Notes: a model not told the origin generated them from the letters alone. Counted from the first letter of the whole stretch, positions 13,470-26,805 are shown. The stretch: 63,982 bases of DNA, filler included, from Basidioascus undulatus (GCA_000826855.1; 13 parts of 13 records of this genome joined end to end with filler, not necessarily neighbours in it), one strand, 5' to 3'. Numbers and translations: made by a program.

Positions 13470-13600
13470 GGAGGCCAGGAGGACAATAGCTTGATGGAAG
13501 GGACAAAGGAAGGCAAGGAGGTGGACAGAGGACAATAGGTCAAAGGAAGGCAAGGAGGTGGACAGGAGGACAATAGGATGAAGGAAGGTGACAATAGGGA
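13470..13600. repeat. Short degenerate tandem repeat (GGACAATAGG..AAAGGAAGGCAAGGAGGTGGACA units)
   Basis: Several imperfect ~36-40-bp purine-rich units, adjacent to the decayed retroelement. Confidence 0.6.
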
Positions 13601-13654
13601 GAGGGTAGAGGAAGGTGTAGATGTCCTTGGTGAAGGGAGGGAGGGTATTCATGA

Positions 13655-14350
13655 CAGGTACTTTGCCTTCTTGACAGCAGGGATGGTGACTGTCCATATG
13701 TTGATATCAAACTCAAAGCTGATGTGTAGAATGACAGTGGTGAAATTGACAGTCTTGTCTGTTGTGATGGGGATGCCAAGCTCGTTGGCAAGGGTGAGCC
13801 ATATGCATACTTATCCGGTGTGTCCCAGGAGTTGAGTGGAAGCTGCACATGCACCTTGGTGTCAGAACAACACTGAGGGGAGAAAGGCGATGCACACATG
13901 ATGTACCCAGAAGATCAGGACGTCATCCACCCACTTGAGCACCGGATCAATGCCCTCCTACTTGAGGATGCGGAGGAAGGTGTCCACACTGTGCCCAAAG
14001 ACACCAGTTCCAGACATGAGGCTTGACAGGAAAAGGTCAATGTAGAACTTGGTGTTCTTATTCTTGACAACAAGACAAGGCTGGGCCACTGGGATGGGTG
14101 GACAGGGACCAAGCGGAAGGCCACTTCAAAGTCTACTGTCGCCGCTTGCACGCCGGGCGGAAGTGATGGGATGGTCTCAATGATGTCCTTGAACTCTCCA
14201 CACTCAGTGGGGAATTCGTCAGAGTCGATGAAGACATTGATGGAGTCGTAAGAGCTGTCCCGTGGGAAAGAGAAAGAGGAGGCGAGATGGGGAATCGAGC
14301 CGATCAAGCGCAAGCGAGCTGTCAGGCAGCGTGAGGACGAGAGCAAAGGC
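13655..14350 (-). mobile_element. Degenerate DIRS/Ngaro (tyrosine-recombinase retrotransposon) reverse transcriptase remnant
   Basis: SINVFIDSDEFPTECGEF..IPSLPPGVQAATVDFEVAFRLVPVHPSQW, then a frameshift to LMSGTGVFGHSVDTFLRILK*EGIDPVLKWVDDVL (WVDD catalytic motif, in-frame TAG), then ELGIPITTDKTVNF..SFEFDI..VTIPAVKKAKY. This matches the layout of fungal DIRS1-type RTs. Confidence 0.8.
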
Positions 14351-16037
14351 AGACAAGACTTTGCTTTGGGCGCGCTGCCCTGTCTCGCTCTCCGTTTCGC
14401 GAACGGAGCCTCGGCCGTCCCCGTTTCTCGTTCGGGCCAACATCCACATCAGCCGGCGGCCATAGATATCTCAGTATTAGAGACGTGTGGGGCATCGATA
14501 AGGTCAGCTTGTGCGGCCTGGACTGCCAGCAGTGCGTTCCACAACCTGCACCCGTGATTCACAGGTGTTGATATAGTTAACTACACGGACGTGCTTCAAC
14601 TCTTCAGGTCTCAGGTTTAATGATCGACCCAAGGACAGGCACGCACTTTTGAGTCCTTTCCGTAGCACCTGCTTCTTCAGGGAACACGGTCCTTACAGCG
14701 TCTTCACCCGGCTGCTCCTCTTCAACGCAGTCGGTTCCGTCCGTCCACCATTCCAGCTCCCAGCTTAGGTCCACTCCTGAAGCACTCATCCCGACATTAC
14801 CTCGACGGTTAGGGGCCGCTTCCGACATGGTGCACAATGTTCCAACGCATTCTGTACAGCTTCAAAGGATCCCAATCATCTGTCTGCATTTCGACTCAGT
14901 ACTGGAAACCACTGGAGAATCCCTTTGGATTGCTTCAGTTGTTCAGGCATCGGAGTCAAATGTGGAAGATTAACCGCGTCCCTTCCCAAATTGCCCTTTG
15001 AACTTTGGTCTGAGCGTGAGCAACAGCTTACGAAGTCTGTACACAGCTGGACGAGGAGGAGGAGGAGAAGGAGGCTCGATAAGATGCCGCACGTTCATTT
15101 GTTCCTCTTGGCATTTGTTGGCATCGACAGACGGACGGACGACGGACGACAGCAAGGTAACCGGCTTTCTCCGCTATCTTCCCCACTTTCGGCCGACCCA
15201 AAGCGATGTCTTTTTGCGGGTCCCCACGATCGAATTGCCTGCGTGCCTTCAGTCTGTCGAATGTCGGAATCAAGCCGCATGATCCGCGGTCTGCACAGAC
15301 GTGCTGTTCAAAATTGCGCCAGAGCACAGACGAGGCGTTGAGGTGCAGATAGGATGTTGGTTGAATGCTGCGATCGCATGGGATTGTGGAAATACGAATC
15401 ATTTCGTCAGAGACAAGCTCGACGTTGGGCGCGTTCCATGACGTTGGTTGGGCGAGGGGGAATTAGGGGGCCTGTTTCAGTGCCAAATGAGCAGGGCGTC
15501 GGCCAGCCGCGCGAGGTCGAGCTCACCGCCACGCACGGCTCCTGAACGGGCAAACTTGACGCTGCTCTCACACTCCTCCACGCCGTCGTTGTCGTCGTCG
15601 CCGCCGCCGCCGTCGCTGCTGCCAGCAACATTCGCTTGTTGTTGTATAACAGACAGTCTCCGTCTCTACTCTCTCTACGCTACACTACTTGCTTTAGCTA
15701 GTGGCGACTCGGAGCAAGGCCCTGCACAACCAGCCGGCCTCGTCCAGTCCACACCCACCGCCGCCGTCGTCCGCCGAGTCCTGACGGTACGTTCCGAATA
15801 TTTGACACGCCATTCGCCGCGACTGGTCCTGCGCTGCCCGTGTACACTGTTGCTAATACACGATATACCGTCTCCCCGCCATTCAAATTACTCTCCCCAT
15901 TCACATCGTCATCATCATCATCGCCGTCATTCGACACTCCACCAAACACCCGCGCTCACACTCCCGGCCCCTCCCCCCGCACCGCCGACGCCGATCCAGA
16001 CTCGCGTCCGGCGTCGACCCCGCTCCTGCGCCAGAGC

Positions 16038-16662
16038 ATGCCAGGCCCCCTGCCCGTGCCCGTCGCCATTGCGCCGACGCGGCCGTCCGTCTACCCGCAC
16101 CAGCCCTCGTCCGGCTCCCGCACCGATGGCAGCGGCTTCCCGCTCCACCCGTCCTCCTTCTCCCGCTCCTTCGGCGCACCGGGCAGCTTCATGTCCATGA
16201 CCATGGGCAGCCTCGGCAGGGACTCGCCCCTGGCCGCCATGACGGGCCTCAGCGGCATGGGCAGCAGTCCGATGTTCAGCAGCCCCGCGATGGCCATGGC
16301 GAGCGCGTGGGCTAGGGGAGAGGGCAGGCAGGTCCAGGACGAGTGAGCACTTTCTTGTCTCGGTGGGCCGCTCAGGAACCGGCGCTGATAGGTCGATGTG
16401 ACAACAGTACCGCGCCTGAGGCGCCAGGGGGGATGTTTGGCATGTCGGTCGAGTCCGATGGCGGTCAATATCTGCCCAAGCTCGAGGCCAACTTCGTACG
16501 CATCATTGCCGTATAATCTACTCATGCTGTGGTGGCTCACCCTGCATCTTCAGTGCCGCAACTTCACCTGCTGTGGCCTGCCGCTCGCGGACCTGCACGA
16601 TCTCGTGCAGCACTACGAGACGCACCACGTCGTGTCTCCGCCTCCCGCGTCGTCCTCCCCGA
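16038..16662 (+). CDS. SFP1: Split zinc-finger transcription factor Sfp1, 5' part
   Basis: Splicing across the introns at ~16343-16408 and ~16496-16553 gives YLPKLEANF/CRNFTCCGLPLADLHDLVQHYETHH, the Sfp1 N-terminal signature. The start codon is uncertain. Confidence 0.85.
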
Positions 16663-16762
16663 NNNNNNNNNNNNNNNNNNNNNNNNNNNNNNNNNNNNNN
16701 NNNNNNTTAATTAATTAANNNNNNNNNNNNNNNNNNNNNNNNNNNNNNNNNNNNNNNNNNNN

Positions 16763-18110
16763 TGCATCCCAGCCGCCGACCACATGCTCGTCGCAGCTTT
16801 AAGCATGTCCAGGATCAACGCGCTCCTCGACCGGCTGCGCACGGCGCTGCAGGCGACCAGCACGCCGTTCTCGCTCGAGCCGCTGCTGGAGCAGGCACGG
16901 CTGCTGCTGCAGGATTGGAAGGCGCGGTGGATCGATCGACGAGGTGCGTCGGGTCCCTTCTCCTTCTTCTTCTCCTTCTTCTCTGTTAGGCCTGTCCTTC
17001 AATGTACGACGGCGGACTAGGGCCTGCGGCCGACCCGACTCATGCGCTGCTGCAGTATTACATCCGCGCGACATCCCTGTGCGCTCTCTCATGTCAGTTC
17101 GAACGAGGCTTGCCTGCTGACCGGGCGTTACCTACAGGGATGTAGCCGAGCTCGAGCTCGGCTTCGTGATCGAGCGGTGCCGAACCGCGGCGTCCCTGCC
17201 CGGCGGGGCCTCCCAGGCTGGCGCGCCCGATGCGCGGCTGGCGCTGAACAAGTGCATTAATAAGGCGTTGGATCTGGTGAGGACCTGACAATAAAGCGTG
17301 CTGTAGAGAATGTTTGCTGATTTCTGATTTCTGATTGCTGGTTGCTGGTTGCTGGCAGCTCGGCTACGTCGTCGACGAGCACGGGCTGAAGAACTACCTG
17401 CCTTACAACCAGGACATCATTCCCCTCGGCGCGGCGCGGACGGCGAGCTGGCTTCTCAAGGTGTGCTTCCCTCCTTCCCTCCCTCCCCCTCTCCACAACT
17501 CTCATTACATAGCATCATCCTCGTTTGCTCTTCCCATAGCACCTAGGCGACATGGACCCCTCCACAGCGCAGATGACGCTCGACGCGTTCCACGGCGTCG
17601 TGCACGCGTGCCAGGGCGTGATGCTGCACGAGCGCGACACGCCCGCGTACTGCGCGCGCTTCTTCCAGAGCCTCGTCAACCTCACCGTCGCCCGCCTCAG
17701 CATCAGCAGCAGCAGCGTTGCCGACGAGGACTCAGAGCCGTCGCCGTCGGAGCCGCCGCATGTGCCGCTGCCGGACGCGAGCGCTGCGTCGATGAGAGGA
17801 CACCCACCATCGTTGGCTCCTCGGCCTGTCTCCCAGCCGGGCCCTTCATTTGTACGACTGCCGAATCGAGCAGCCCTGTGCTCACTGACCGAGGAACCTT
17901 CGTTGCAGGGCGTCCCCGGTCAAGTATTACCGCCGCACGGCCCGATCCCCGCAGCGCCGGATCAGCATTACTGGTGCGTTCTCCATGTCCAGCCTCCCTC
18001 TTGACGATTTATTGACTGACGCATCGCGCGCCAGGGCGTCGGTCTTTCCCGACCTTGACCAGTGGTGGGATTCCTTTACGAACGGCGATCTCGGTCTGGG
18101 GCTGGGATAC
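16763..18110 (+). CDS. C-terminal exons of a probable fungal-specific (Zn2Cys6-type) transcription factor
   Basis: Helical exons flanked by GT/AG (LLEQARLLLQDWKARW; LKNYLPYNQDIIPLGAARTASWLLK; DAFHGVVHACQGVMLHERDTPAYCARFFQSLV) followed by a Pro-rich tail. The family assignment is an inference and the 3' end is approximate. Confidence 0.45.
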
Positions 18111-18547
18111 ACTCGATGACATATTACCTGTTGGACTTGTCTGGTGTCTGTCTGCCTGCCGACTTGTTCGCTTGATAACAGCGTGTGCAGAGTAGACAAA
18201 TGTCGTGTCACTAGCAGCCAAGGAGATAGCAGTGATCTACGATTGCACAGCGCCCGACCGATCTGCCCTTAACCGCCCCTCCAGCCCCTCGCTTCGCCCT
18301 ACGCCTGCCTCCAGGCTGACGGCGATCCGTCAGCCTCTACCGCCCAAAACCCAACACATCTCCAAGCACCTGCACGCCCCCAGCCGGCCACCGTTGGCGG
18401 CCTCCTTGTCCCGTTCCCGTCCATGCACCATCGCAGCCCGTATGCCCCCCATCCCGGACATCTCAGGCGGGGACCGCCCGCCAAGCGTCCCGACCGTCGA
18501 GCTCAGCTCAGACGCCTCCGTCTCCCATCTTCAGTACATCTCCCTAA

Positions 18548-20008
18548 TCAAGGCGGCACGACCACCGCCCCCTCCTCCTCCTCCGTTCCGAGCGGCGAGA
18601 CGGCGGGCGCGTCCGCTGCGCTCCCGCTCGAAAAGTACTGGAGCTCGAGCCCCACGCGCGCGCGGTGGGCGGTGGAGAGGTCCGCGGAGACGCCGAGGGC
18701 GAGGAGAAAGTGTTCGAGCTTGCCGGCGTATTGGAGGGCGATTTGCTGTGGGGTTGGCGGGGGGGTGAGTTGGGGCACGAAGAAGAGGGGGGTGAGTATG
18801 AAGAAGTGGTGATGACGGCGGAAAGGAGCGGGAGAAAGGCGGGAAGGTACCTTGTGCGTCGACACCCTGGCTTTAAAAATGCCGATCACGGGATTCTGCT
18901 CCTCCGTACTCGAGATGCTCTGCCGGCGCCTGCGCAATGCCCACTCTCCCCCAAAGCACGTCTCGCTCTCGTATGAGTACAAGTTGAAGTCGAACCTGCT
19001 TGCGAGGGCGAGGTCGGGTGCCACGCGCGCGGCGTACGAGGCGGAGAGGTGCCCTGTTAGCGGGGAGAGCAGGGCGGCGAGGACTGTGGGAGGGGAGGAG
19101 CTGCCGGGGAGGGTCTGGAAGCGGAGGCCTGTGGAAACTGGGGGAAGGGAGGGAGGTGGATCAGGATCAGGATCAGGATGGGGAAACAGAATTAAGGAAG
19201 GAGAAGTGGGAAGCGGGAAAGAAAGCAGACGAACGCACGCCCAGCGGACTTCTCCAACGCCGAAACATAGACCTCCCCCCCAACACTAAACCGTCCCTTA
19301 AGCCCTCCAGCACTAGCGACCTCCTCATCCACTCTTTTCCCCTCGCCCTTCCGCCGTCCCTGGACAGGGTCGAAATGGTACAGAGCAGAGGCGGACCACA
19401 TGCCGTCCGCGACGGAGTAGGCGTACTCGCTCGCACTCCGGCCCGTGTCGCGCTGGTACGTGATGTGCACGTCCGAGGGGTGCGCGCGCGTTGCGGGGCG
19501 CGGGTGCGTCAGGCTTGAGAGAAGGAGCTGCGTCGTCGGGGAGAGACGGCGCGCGTAGAGCGCGTTGAGGCGCGCGGTGGGGAGGTGCAGCTGGCCGTAG
19601 AGGAGGTAGTCTGGGTCGCTACGCGGTTTAATGAGTTTCCTCCCCCTCTGCATCTCACATAGGAAGGAAGCCAGGAAGGAAGAAAGGGAACGCACCCTTC
19701 TCAAACACCTTCTCCCCCCTATCCCAGACCTCCCTCCCCTCCGGCGGGCGCCCGACGACCTCCTCGCCCACCCCAAAGCGCTCCTCAAACTCGCGCAGCG
19801 CGACATCGCGGCTGGAGGAGCGGAGGACGCCGACGGAGGACGTGAGGTAGGCGATGCTGCCCGCGAGGCCGGGGAGGAGGCTGAGCGTCGCGGACGAGTG
19901 GAACGAGGGCGTGGGGGACGAGGAGAGCGAGAGCGAGAGCGAGGAGGGCGGGGGGAAGTCGAGGACCGCTGGGTAGGAACTTCGGGGGATGGAGGACTGA
20001 ACACTCAC
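18548..20008 (-). CDS. MDM10: Mitochondrial distribution and morphology protein 10 (ERMES/SAM beta-barrel), 5' truncated
   Basis: LDFPPPSSLSLSLSS..GSIAYLTSS; DYLLYGQLHLPTARLNALYARRLSPTTQ; GGLKGRFSVGGEVYVSALEKSAG; LALASRFDFNLYSYESE; GLELQYFS; stop at 18548-18550. Confidence 0.92.
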
Positions 20009-20108
20009 NNNNNNNNNNNNNNNNNNNNNNNNNNNNNNNNNNNNNNNNNNNNTTAATTAATTAANNNNNNNNNNNNNNNNNNNNNNNNNNNNNNNNNNNN
20101 NNNNNNNN

Positions 20109-21405
20109 TACTGACTGTTTGTTGAAATCCAGGAGTCGCCCGTCCTTCTCACTAGGTACATCATCCCGTTCGTCCCTCATCTCCTCCCTCCCCCCTCCCC
20201 CTGTCTCTTCCTAACTCGCGCACCCAACCCGAAAATAGTGGGTGTGGTACATCTGGTCCCTCATCCACGTCCTCCTGCTCGGGACGATCATCTACCAGTT
20301 CACGGACAAGGGACACGAGGTGCGCTCTCTCCCCCTCCCCCTTCCGCACGCCCCGCTGACCATGGGCGAGGGTGGTGGGAGTAGACGGTCGTGAAAGGCA
20401 TCAACTGGCGCTTCCCGCTCTTCGCGGTCCTCATCGCCATCTGGGCGAGCACGTACTCGTCGGGCCACTACGTGCGTCCCTCCCCCTTCCCCCCTCCCCG
20501 CCTCAATGCTTATCAAACCCACACTCACGGATGACGTAATTTGAATGGGGAAGGGAAACAGATCGTCGCCTTCATCTTCTCCCTGCTTGTCTCGTCCGCG
20601 TCGACGCACATCTACTACCGCGTCAAGCGGTACCATGATTCGGGGCACATTGCGGACGAACGTGGGTCGCTTGCTCCTTCTCTTCCTCTTTCCCTCCCGG
20701 CCAGCGGACGCTGATCTCTTCGGCCGCCCGCAGTCTTCGTCCACGTCCCCTTCTCCCTGATCCAAGGTCCGCCTTCCCCTTCCCCTTCCCCCTTCCTATC
20801 CCCTGCCTCGCTTCCTTGCACCGGCAAAAGAGGTGTGCTGATAAGAAGTGTGGTGGGGTACAAAGGCTGGTCCACCGTCCTAGTCGTAATCAGCGTCTTT
20901 GCGGCCTTCGGCCTCACGCGCGACCACCGCCCGGGCATCTGGACCAAAGTCCTCGCCTTCCTCGTGTTCCTCTTCCTGGCTGCCACCAGCTGGGGGTACG
21001 CGTTCTACTCGAAGGAGGGCGACTTGCTCGCTGCCGCCGCTATTTCGTGGAGCTTGTTGGGGATCTACACTCGTGCGTAGCTCCGCTGCCTCACTTTTCC
21101 CTACCTCCCCCCCAGAGAAGAGATGCTGATTAAAAGCGCTGTTGCGGATGGAACAGACCAGCGCCACCCCGCCTTCATCCGCTACTCCGCCCTGGCATTC
21201 TTCATCGTCAGCTTGTTTGCGGTACTCAAGGGTGCATACGGCCTCCTCGCCAAGCGGCGCAAGTTCCAGGGCGTCGTGGCGGATGAGGAGCGGCAGCCTA
21301 TGTGCGTTTGCATTCATTTTCCTTTCTCCTTTCCCTTCTTTCCGGTGATTGAAGATATGCGAACTGACGCGTGGGTGGGCGCACAGTTTGGGCGGGAGCT
21401 CGTAA
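20109..21405 (+). CDS. Conserved fungal multi-pass membrane protein (possibly TspO/DUF1774-like), 5' truncated
   Basis: Hydrophobic exons WYIWSLIHVLLLGTIIYQFTDKG / INWRFPLFAVLIAIW / IVAFIFSLLVSSASTHIYYRVK / FVHVPFSLIQG / WSTVLVVISVFAAFG..WTKVLAFLVFLFL..EGDLLAAAAISWSL / ..DEERQP-ILGGSS*. Confidence 0.75.
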
Positions 21406-22690
21406 GAGCTTGTGGGCTGTGGGGTTCCATCTGGTAGGAGGAGGGATGTGAGAAGGGAGAAGGGAGTCTGGTATGATCATGCCAAGTTGCTCTCTTTCTT
21501 CCGTCACGAGTCGATCCATTCATAGCGTGTTTCTTTCTTTTGTCGACATCTTACGTTCCCCACGTTCAATTATGCTTCTTTACCACTTTAATTGAAGCAA
21601 TATTGCATCTGCGAAGTTTGAAGTTGCATACATGCTCCGTTGTGCTGCAATCTCGGCGTGCTGTAGCGGAAGAACGATTGAAGGCTCCAGCGAGAACTAG
21701 TACCCTTTTCTTCAGCTGCGTTCAGATGTTCTGCCGTCTTCACAGCTCGCTTTCATTTTGGTCTGCTGCATGGGCGCCACTGTACAGCATGCTGCAGGTA
21801 CGTAGCATAGAACTTGCGGAAGGACATCTGCAAAGATAATCACAGTTTCAACATGGCACAGCCATCGTCATTCTCATGCCATCATGGTTGCAGATGAAAG
21901 ATCCGCCGCACCGCCATTCAACAACTTTTTCAGGGGGCTATCGGACACGTCGATGGGCTTGCCCTAGCGGGAGGTGCACGCGGCTAGCCATCAAGGCACC
22001 AACGACCTCACCCCGCAGGGCCCGCACGCCCTCCGGCCTCCTTCGGCTCGGTTGATGCAGATCGTCTGCACGAGGCTGACTGGTGCTGTGGATCGCTCTG
22101 CACCAAGGGCAGCAAGGGCGGCGCTACGAGGTGGATGAGCGGGCGGACCGGAGGATGGGAAACACCAAGGCACAGCTGCGTTTAGTTGTTGCGGGGTAGG
22201 CTGCGTGACAACGCTTTGGATCTGCTGCCTCTTTTCACTCAGCGGGAGGATGGAGGGGTTGGGAAGAGAGAATGGGTCACGAAAAATGACATGTAAACAA
22301 GAAAACATTGCGGATTGAATCTCGCTCGAGACGTTGGTGCAAATAATGCACGGATGTGTTTGGGATGGACGTGTTTGACGTCTGACGTCTGACGTTTGCA
22401 GGTCATGCTGGAGTGCTGGACATGTTCCTCGAACAGCTCGCTTGCCCTCGGACCTCTCATCGTTGCTCGTTGCCTTGCCCTTGCTCGTTGCTCTCCTTGC
22501 GTTGCAACACCCGAACGAACGAGCGAGCGTCGAAGCACGTCCATCGCCCTTGCCCATCCTCACCTGCATCCTCGTCACCGCCCGCCCCTCCTCGCCATCC
22601 ACATCGACGCCGTCCCTATCCCGACCCACACACAGCGCATACACCGACACACGCGTAGTCACCTTCACGCTCTAGTCCGTACTGCCTGGC

Positions 22691-23348
22691 ATGGTCGATG
22701 CGCACGCTGGCGGCGCGGCTGTGTCGGCCGGGGCGCTCACCCCGACCCGCCCGACTGCCGATGGCGAGGAGGCCGTCTGCGGCGGGTGCAAGAAGTCCAT
22801 TGTCGAGGAGGAGGGGAGCATGGTCATCAGTTTTGGGTCAGTCCCGCGTACACAGCGCTGTTGTTGGGAAGCGCCTGGCTGACCACCCCCTTGGTCTCTG
22901 CAGCTCTGCCCTCTTCCACCTCGACTGCTTCCGCTGCGCCAAGTGCCACTCCCAGGTCCAGGCCGACACGAACCTGCTCATCCTCTCCGACGGCCAGCCC
23001 GTGTGCGAGTCGTGCTCGTATCTCTGCGTCGTCTGCAAGCAGCCCATCCTTGACGAGGCCATCATGACCGGCGACGACTCGTACCACGCCGCCTGCTTTA
23101 CCTGCATCTCGTGCGGGTGCAGGATCGACGAGCTCGTGTTTGCACGCACGAGCAAGGGCATCTTTTGCATGCCATGCCATAATCGCAGGGTCGAAAAGAG
23201 CAGGCGGGCGGCCCAGGCGGGGGGAAGAAGGAGGGTCAAGGAGGTGCGCATTCACACACGGGTCTGATCGGCGAAGAGCGCTGATGGAGAGATGGGGCAG
23301 CAGTCCTCAACTGGCAACCCCTCCTCCTCCCGCTCACCTTCCCAGCAC
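22691..23348 (+). CDS. LIM-domain Rho GTPase-activating protein (Rga1/Rga2 family), N-terminal part
   Basis: Two tandem LIM domains: CGGCKKSI..VISFG/SALFHLDCFRCAKC..DTNLLILSDGQPVCESCSYLCVVCKQPILDEAIMTGDDSYHAACFTCISC..FARTSKGIFCMPCH. Confidence 0.88.
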
Positions 23349-23448
23349 NNNNNNNNNNNNNNNNNNNNNNNNNNNNNNNNNNNNNNNNNNNNTTAATTAA
23401 TTAANNNNNNNNNNNNNNNNNNNNNNNNNNNNNNNNNNNNNNNNNNNN

Positions 23449-24006
23449 ATGGCAGGGATGGGGGTTGGGGAGGAAGGAACGCACAGAGGCATCCGACCTC
23501 GTCGCCAGAGCCATACGAGCGCGACGACAAACACGACCGGGCCGAGCGTGAGGCGCGGCGCCTCCTTCCGCAGCTGCGCGATCAGCGCGTCCGCGTTCGC
23601 ACCTGGCGGGACGCTCGCGGTCGGCGCGGGGGGAGGGACAGGGATGAGGAGCGTCGGCGTCGGCCAGTCGGAGACGGAGAACGTGGAGAGCGTGGAGGTC
23701 GTCTTTGGAGGTTGGGGTGTGGATGTGGTGGTGATGGTGGTGGGAGGGGCGGACGTGTAGGTCGTGTGGAAGTCGGACGTGTGCGCGATGGACGTTGAGA
23801 AGACCACCCGGCCGTTGACGATCACGACCTGCCGTTGTCCACCACCCGCATCAGTCCCAACTCGTCTCCAGAGGCGCAGGCTGGCGGCGGACTTGGATGA
23901 TATCCCTCCCCGCCAGGGTATGCAGCGTCGCCGGACCCGGATCGGGTGGGGTTGGCAGAGGAGTCCGTTCCGGACGGGGTGCGGGTGCGAGAGGAAGGAA
24001 AGCCAT
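23449..24006 (-). CDS. Thr/Pro-rich single-pass membrane protein, 3' truncated
   Basis: MAFLPLAPAP..RDIIQ, an intron, then VVIVNGRVVFSTSIAHTSDFHTTYTSAPPTTITTTST..LTLGPVVFVVALVWLWRR (TM segment followed by a basic stop-transfer). Confidence 0.55.
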
Positions 24007-24759
24007 CGAGGCGGGCGAGAAGAGTGAAGGAGCGTAGGGCGTTCGGTCGATCGAGGAAGAGATAGCACAACAGAGTGGAGAAGCGTGAATGAGAGTGAGT
24101 GCCAAGGCAGCGCGGCTGCCCAGGGAAAGACGCTGCGAATTCAAGTGAATTTGACAGAAAACAAAAGTGAGGATGAAGTGGTGCGTGGTGCATCATCGCA
24201 TCTCGCAACAATGAGGATGCCGAGCGGGCCAGTCTGTCAGCGCGTAGGGCAGAGCGAGGGCGAGATTTTGGGTCGGTCGTGGGCGGAAGGCGTAATGAGG
24301 CCGGGAGGCGGAGGGGTCTGCGAAAGAACGTTTCACGTCAGACGATTCGGGGTGCCTGAGTCTTGAAAACAGGGTTGCCACGCTCGCGATTGAGATGATC
24401 GTAGCGGTTCGGGTCCTTTGTAACGGGGAGACAAATAATCAGGGCACCTGTGAGGGCTTGACGAGAATTCATTTTGCGTGTTGATCGACTGCGACTTTGT
24501 GACTTGCGTCCATGGGCCTGCTTCACTGCCGCTTGGTTGGGATCGAAGACCGTCAGCAGTGTATCACTGAGTTCGCATTGAGGACGATCCGAAGGAATTG
24601 ACATACGACTTCAGAAAGGAAGGAGAATGGAAGGAAGCATTCAGTGCCGCCCCTACCTGCCACCCTCTTTCGCGTCCGCCCTGCCAACATCGCCAACAGT
24701 AATCCACGAACCCACAACACCTTCAAAGTGTTTTCATCCCCCATCGCACAGGTAATACC

Positions 24760-25422
24760 TCACAAGAAGACGCCCTCTTCCGCCTCGCCCGTACCCTGAC
24801 CCTCTCCCACAGCAGCAGCCGTCCCCTCTCTCCGCTGCTCGGCCCCTCCACCCCCACCCTGCGCGCCTGGCCGTCCCGGCAGGCGTATATCATAGTGCGC
24901 GAGCTGCTCCTCCCCGAGCTCCACGCCCATCTTCCGCGCCAGCGCCAGCCGCAAGATGGCGATGCGCTCTTCTTGGGACGCTCTGTCGCCCTCCCTTCCC
25001 CAAGTCAGGGACTGCCCTGCACACAGAAGGAAGGAAGAGAACCCACATAGTTGCCTCGTTCTCCCTAATCACATCCCGCAGCATCTCGGCGTCCCCCTCC
25101 TCCTCCAACGCGCGCTCCATCTCCCTCAGCTCCTCCTCGCGCGCCGCGCGCGCCCCCAGGCCCTGGTCGTCGAACCCGCCGTCGTCTGGGCCGCGGTGCG
25201 ACGGGGGCAAAAGGGAGACGAGCTCGGCGTTAGAGCGCCGGAGATGGTTAAGGGAGTTTTGGAGGCGGGCGATTTCTGTAGAGAGGAGCGTGAGGGGGCA
25301 AGGAGGGGAGGGGGGAGCAGGGGAGACGGACCATCGGTGATTTCGGACGCGCCGAGGGAGAGCGCTTGTTGGAAGGTGAAGGGCTGCGGGTAGATGGGCG
25401 TGTAGGATTCGTACAGCGCCAT
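24760..25422 (-). CDS. Tma17/Adc17-like small coiled-coil protein
   Basis: MALYESYTPIYPQPFTFQQALSLGASEITD/EIARLQNSLNHLRRSNAEL..DAEMLRDVIRENEAT/..QEERIAILRLAL..EEGVFL*. The LxNSxxHLxRSN motif and the GVFL terminus are typical of Tma17. Confidence 0.7.
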
Positions 25423-25815
25423 CGTGTGCAGTGGGATTGGGCGGTGAAGTGAGGGAGGTGAAGAGTGGTGAGCGGAGGAAAGGAAGACGCGCACTCGAGG
25501 GTTTCGTCGACGTCGATCATTTACGGCTGGCTTCCAGCGCCTCCTCACTAAGCCCCTGCATAGCCTCCATAGTGTGTTCTTCTGATATGTTTATTCGACA
25601 ATGGTTCAATTATCTGTGTTGGGATTTGATTTGCCCAGCCTGTAACGAAGCGTTTTCTTTGGCACTGCGAGGTGAGCTCGTCATGTCTGCATTTGCATCC
25701 GGCCGAATGTCGCGCGTGCAGCTCGGGCTCATCGCCTCCTCGACACCCAGTGACCCACCACAGTCTAACTCAAACCCATCCCTCTCCCATTCCCATCGCC
25801 AATTCCTATCCGATA

Positions 25816-26687
25816 ATGGTAGAACAAGATTTATCAGTCGATGACGACGCCCCTACAACCCGCTCGGTGCGCATTCGCCCATCGCACTACCCACACCGTC
25901 CCAACTGACCTCGTCCCGTCGCGGTATCCTTGTGGTGGCGTGCCCCCAGCCCGAAGAAGGCCTGATCGAAGTGATCTCCCCCTCGCGCACGCCTGCGCCG
26001 CCGCCGACGCCCCCCGAGCGCTGCAAGCTGCTCTACTCCAAGAGCAAGGTCTATGTCCACCCGACCAACTTCGCCCGCGACAACGTCCCAGGCTACCTCG
26101 CCCTCGTCGACCGCGCGCAGCCCGGCAGCGCGCGCGCGGACGCACTGCTCGCGTGGCTGCCGGAGAGCTTGGTCAGGGAGCGTGATGAGGAGGAGCAGTT
26201 TGTGTGTGTGGAGGAGGGCGGGAAAGGTGAGTCTTATGGGTGGAAGGTCGGGCTGGGAGGCGTCGTGGAGCTCAGCCCCGCGGGAGACGGAGCAGATACG
26301 GTCCTTGTCGCACCGCCCCCGCCCAGAGGGGAGTCGTACGCTTTCTCAGTGCCTTTGGCCGAGGTGTATTCCCTTATCGTGTATAGTGAGTTGTCATTTG
26401 GGTGCGATTTTGAAGGACAACCTGCTCAGCTCATATATCCCATAGCACCGACTATCTCGTCTTGGTATGGGTCCATCACGGTCAATCTCTCAGGCGGGAT
26501 CACCCTTCCCACTCTCTACTTCCACGAGTCAGTAGACCATCCCAAGCCCAATTCGAGGCGAGGACCTCTAATTCACTCCCGGCCTTATCGCAGCGACGAA
26601 AGCCGCAGCACGATGCTCCTCCTCGAGCAATCCCGCTCCGGGTCGACCTCAACCTCCCGCGCCGCCTTCCCCGGGCCCCCCTCCTCC
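25816..26687 (+). CDS. GYP7: Rab GTPase-activating protein Gyp7 (TBC1D15/17 family), N-terminal part
   Basis: CKLLYSKSKVYVHPTNFARDNVPGYLALV..LLAWLPES; YAFSVPLAEVYSLIVY; SWYGSITVNLSGGITLPTLYFHD/DES. Confidence 0.88.
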
Positions 26688-26805
26688 NNNNNNNNNNNNN
26701 NNNNNNNNNNNNNNNNNNNNNNNNNNNNNNNTTAATTAATTAANNNNNNNNNNNNNNNNNNNNNNNNNNNNNNNNNNNNNNNNNNNNCGCCGGGCCGGCT
26801 TGCAG

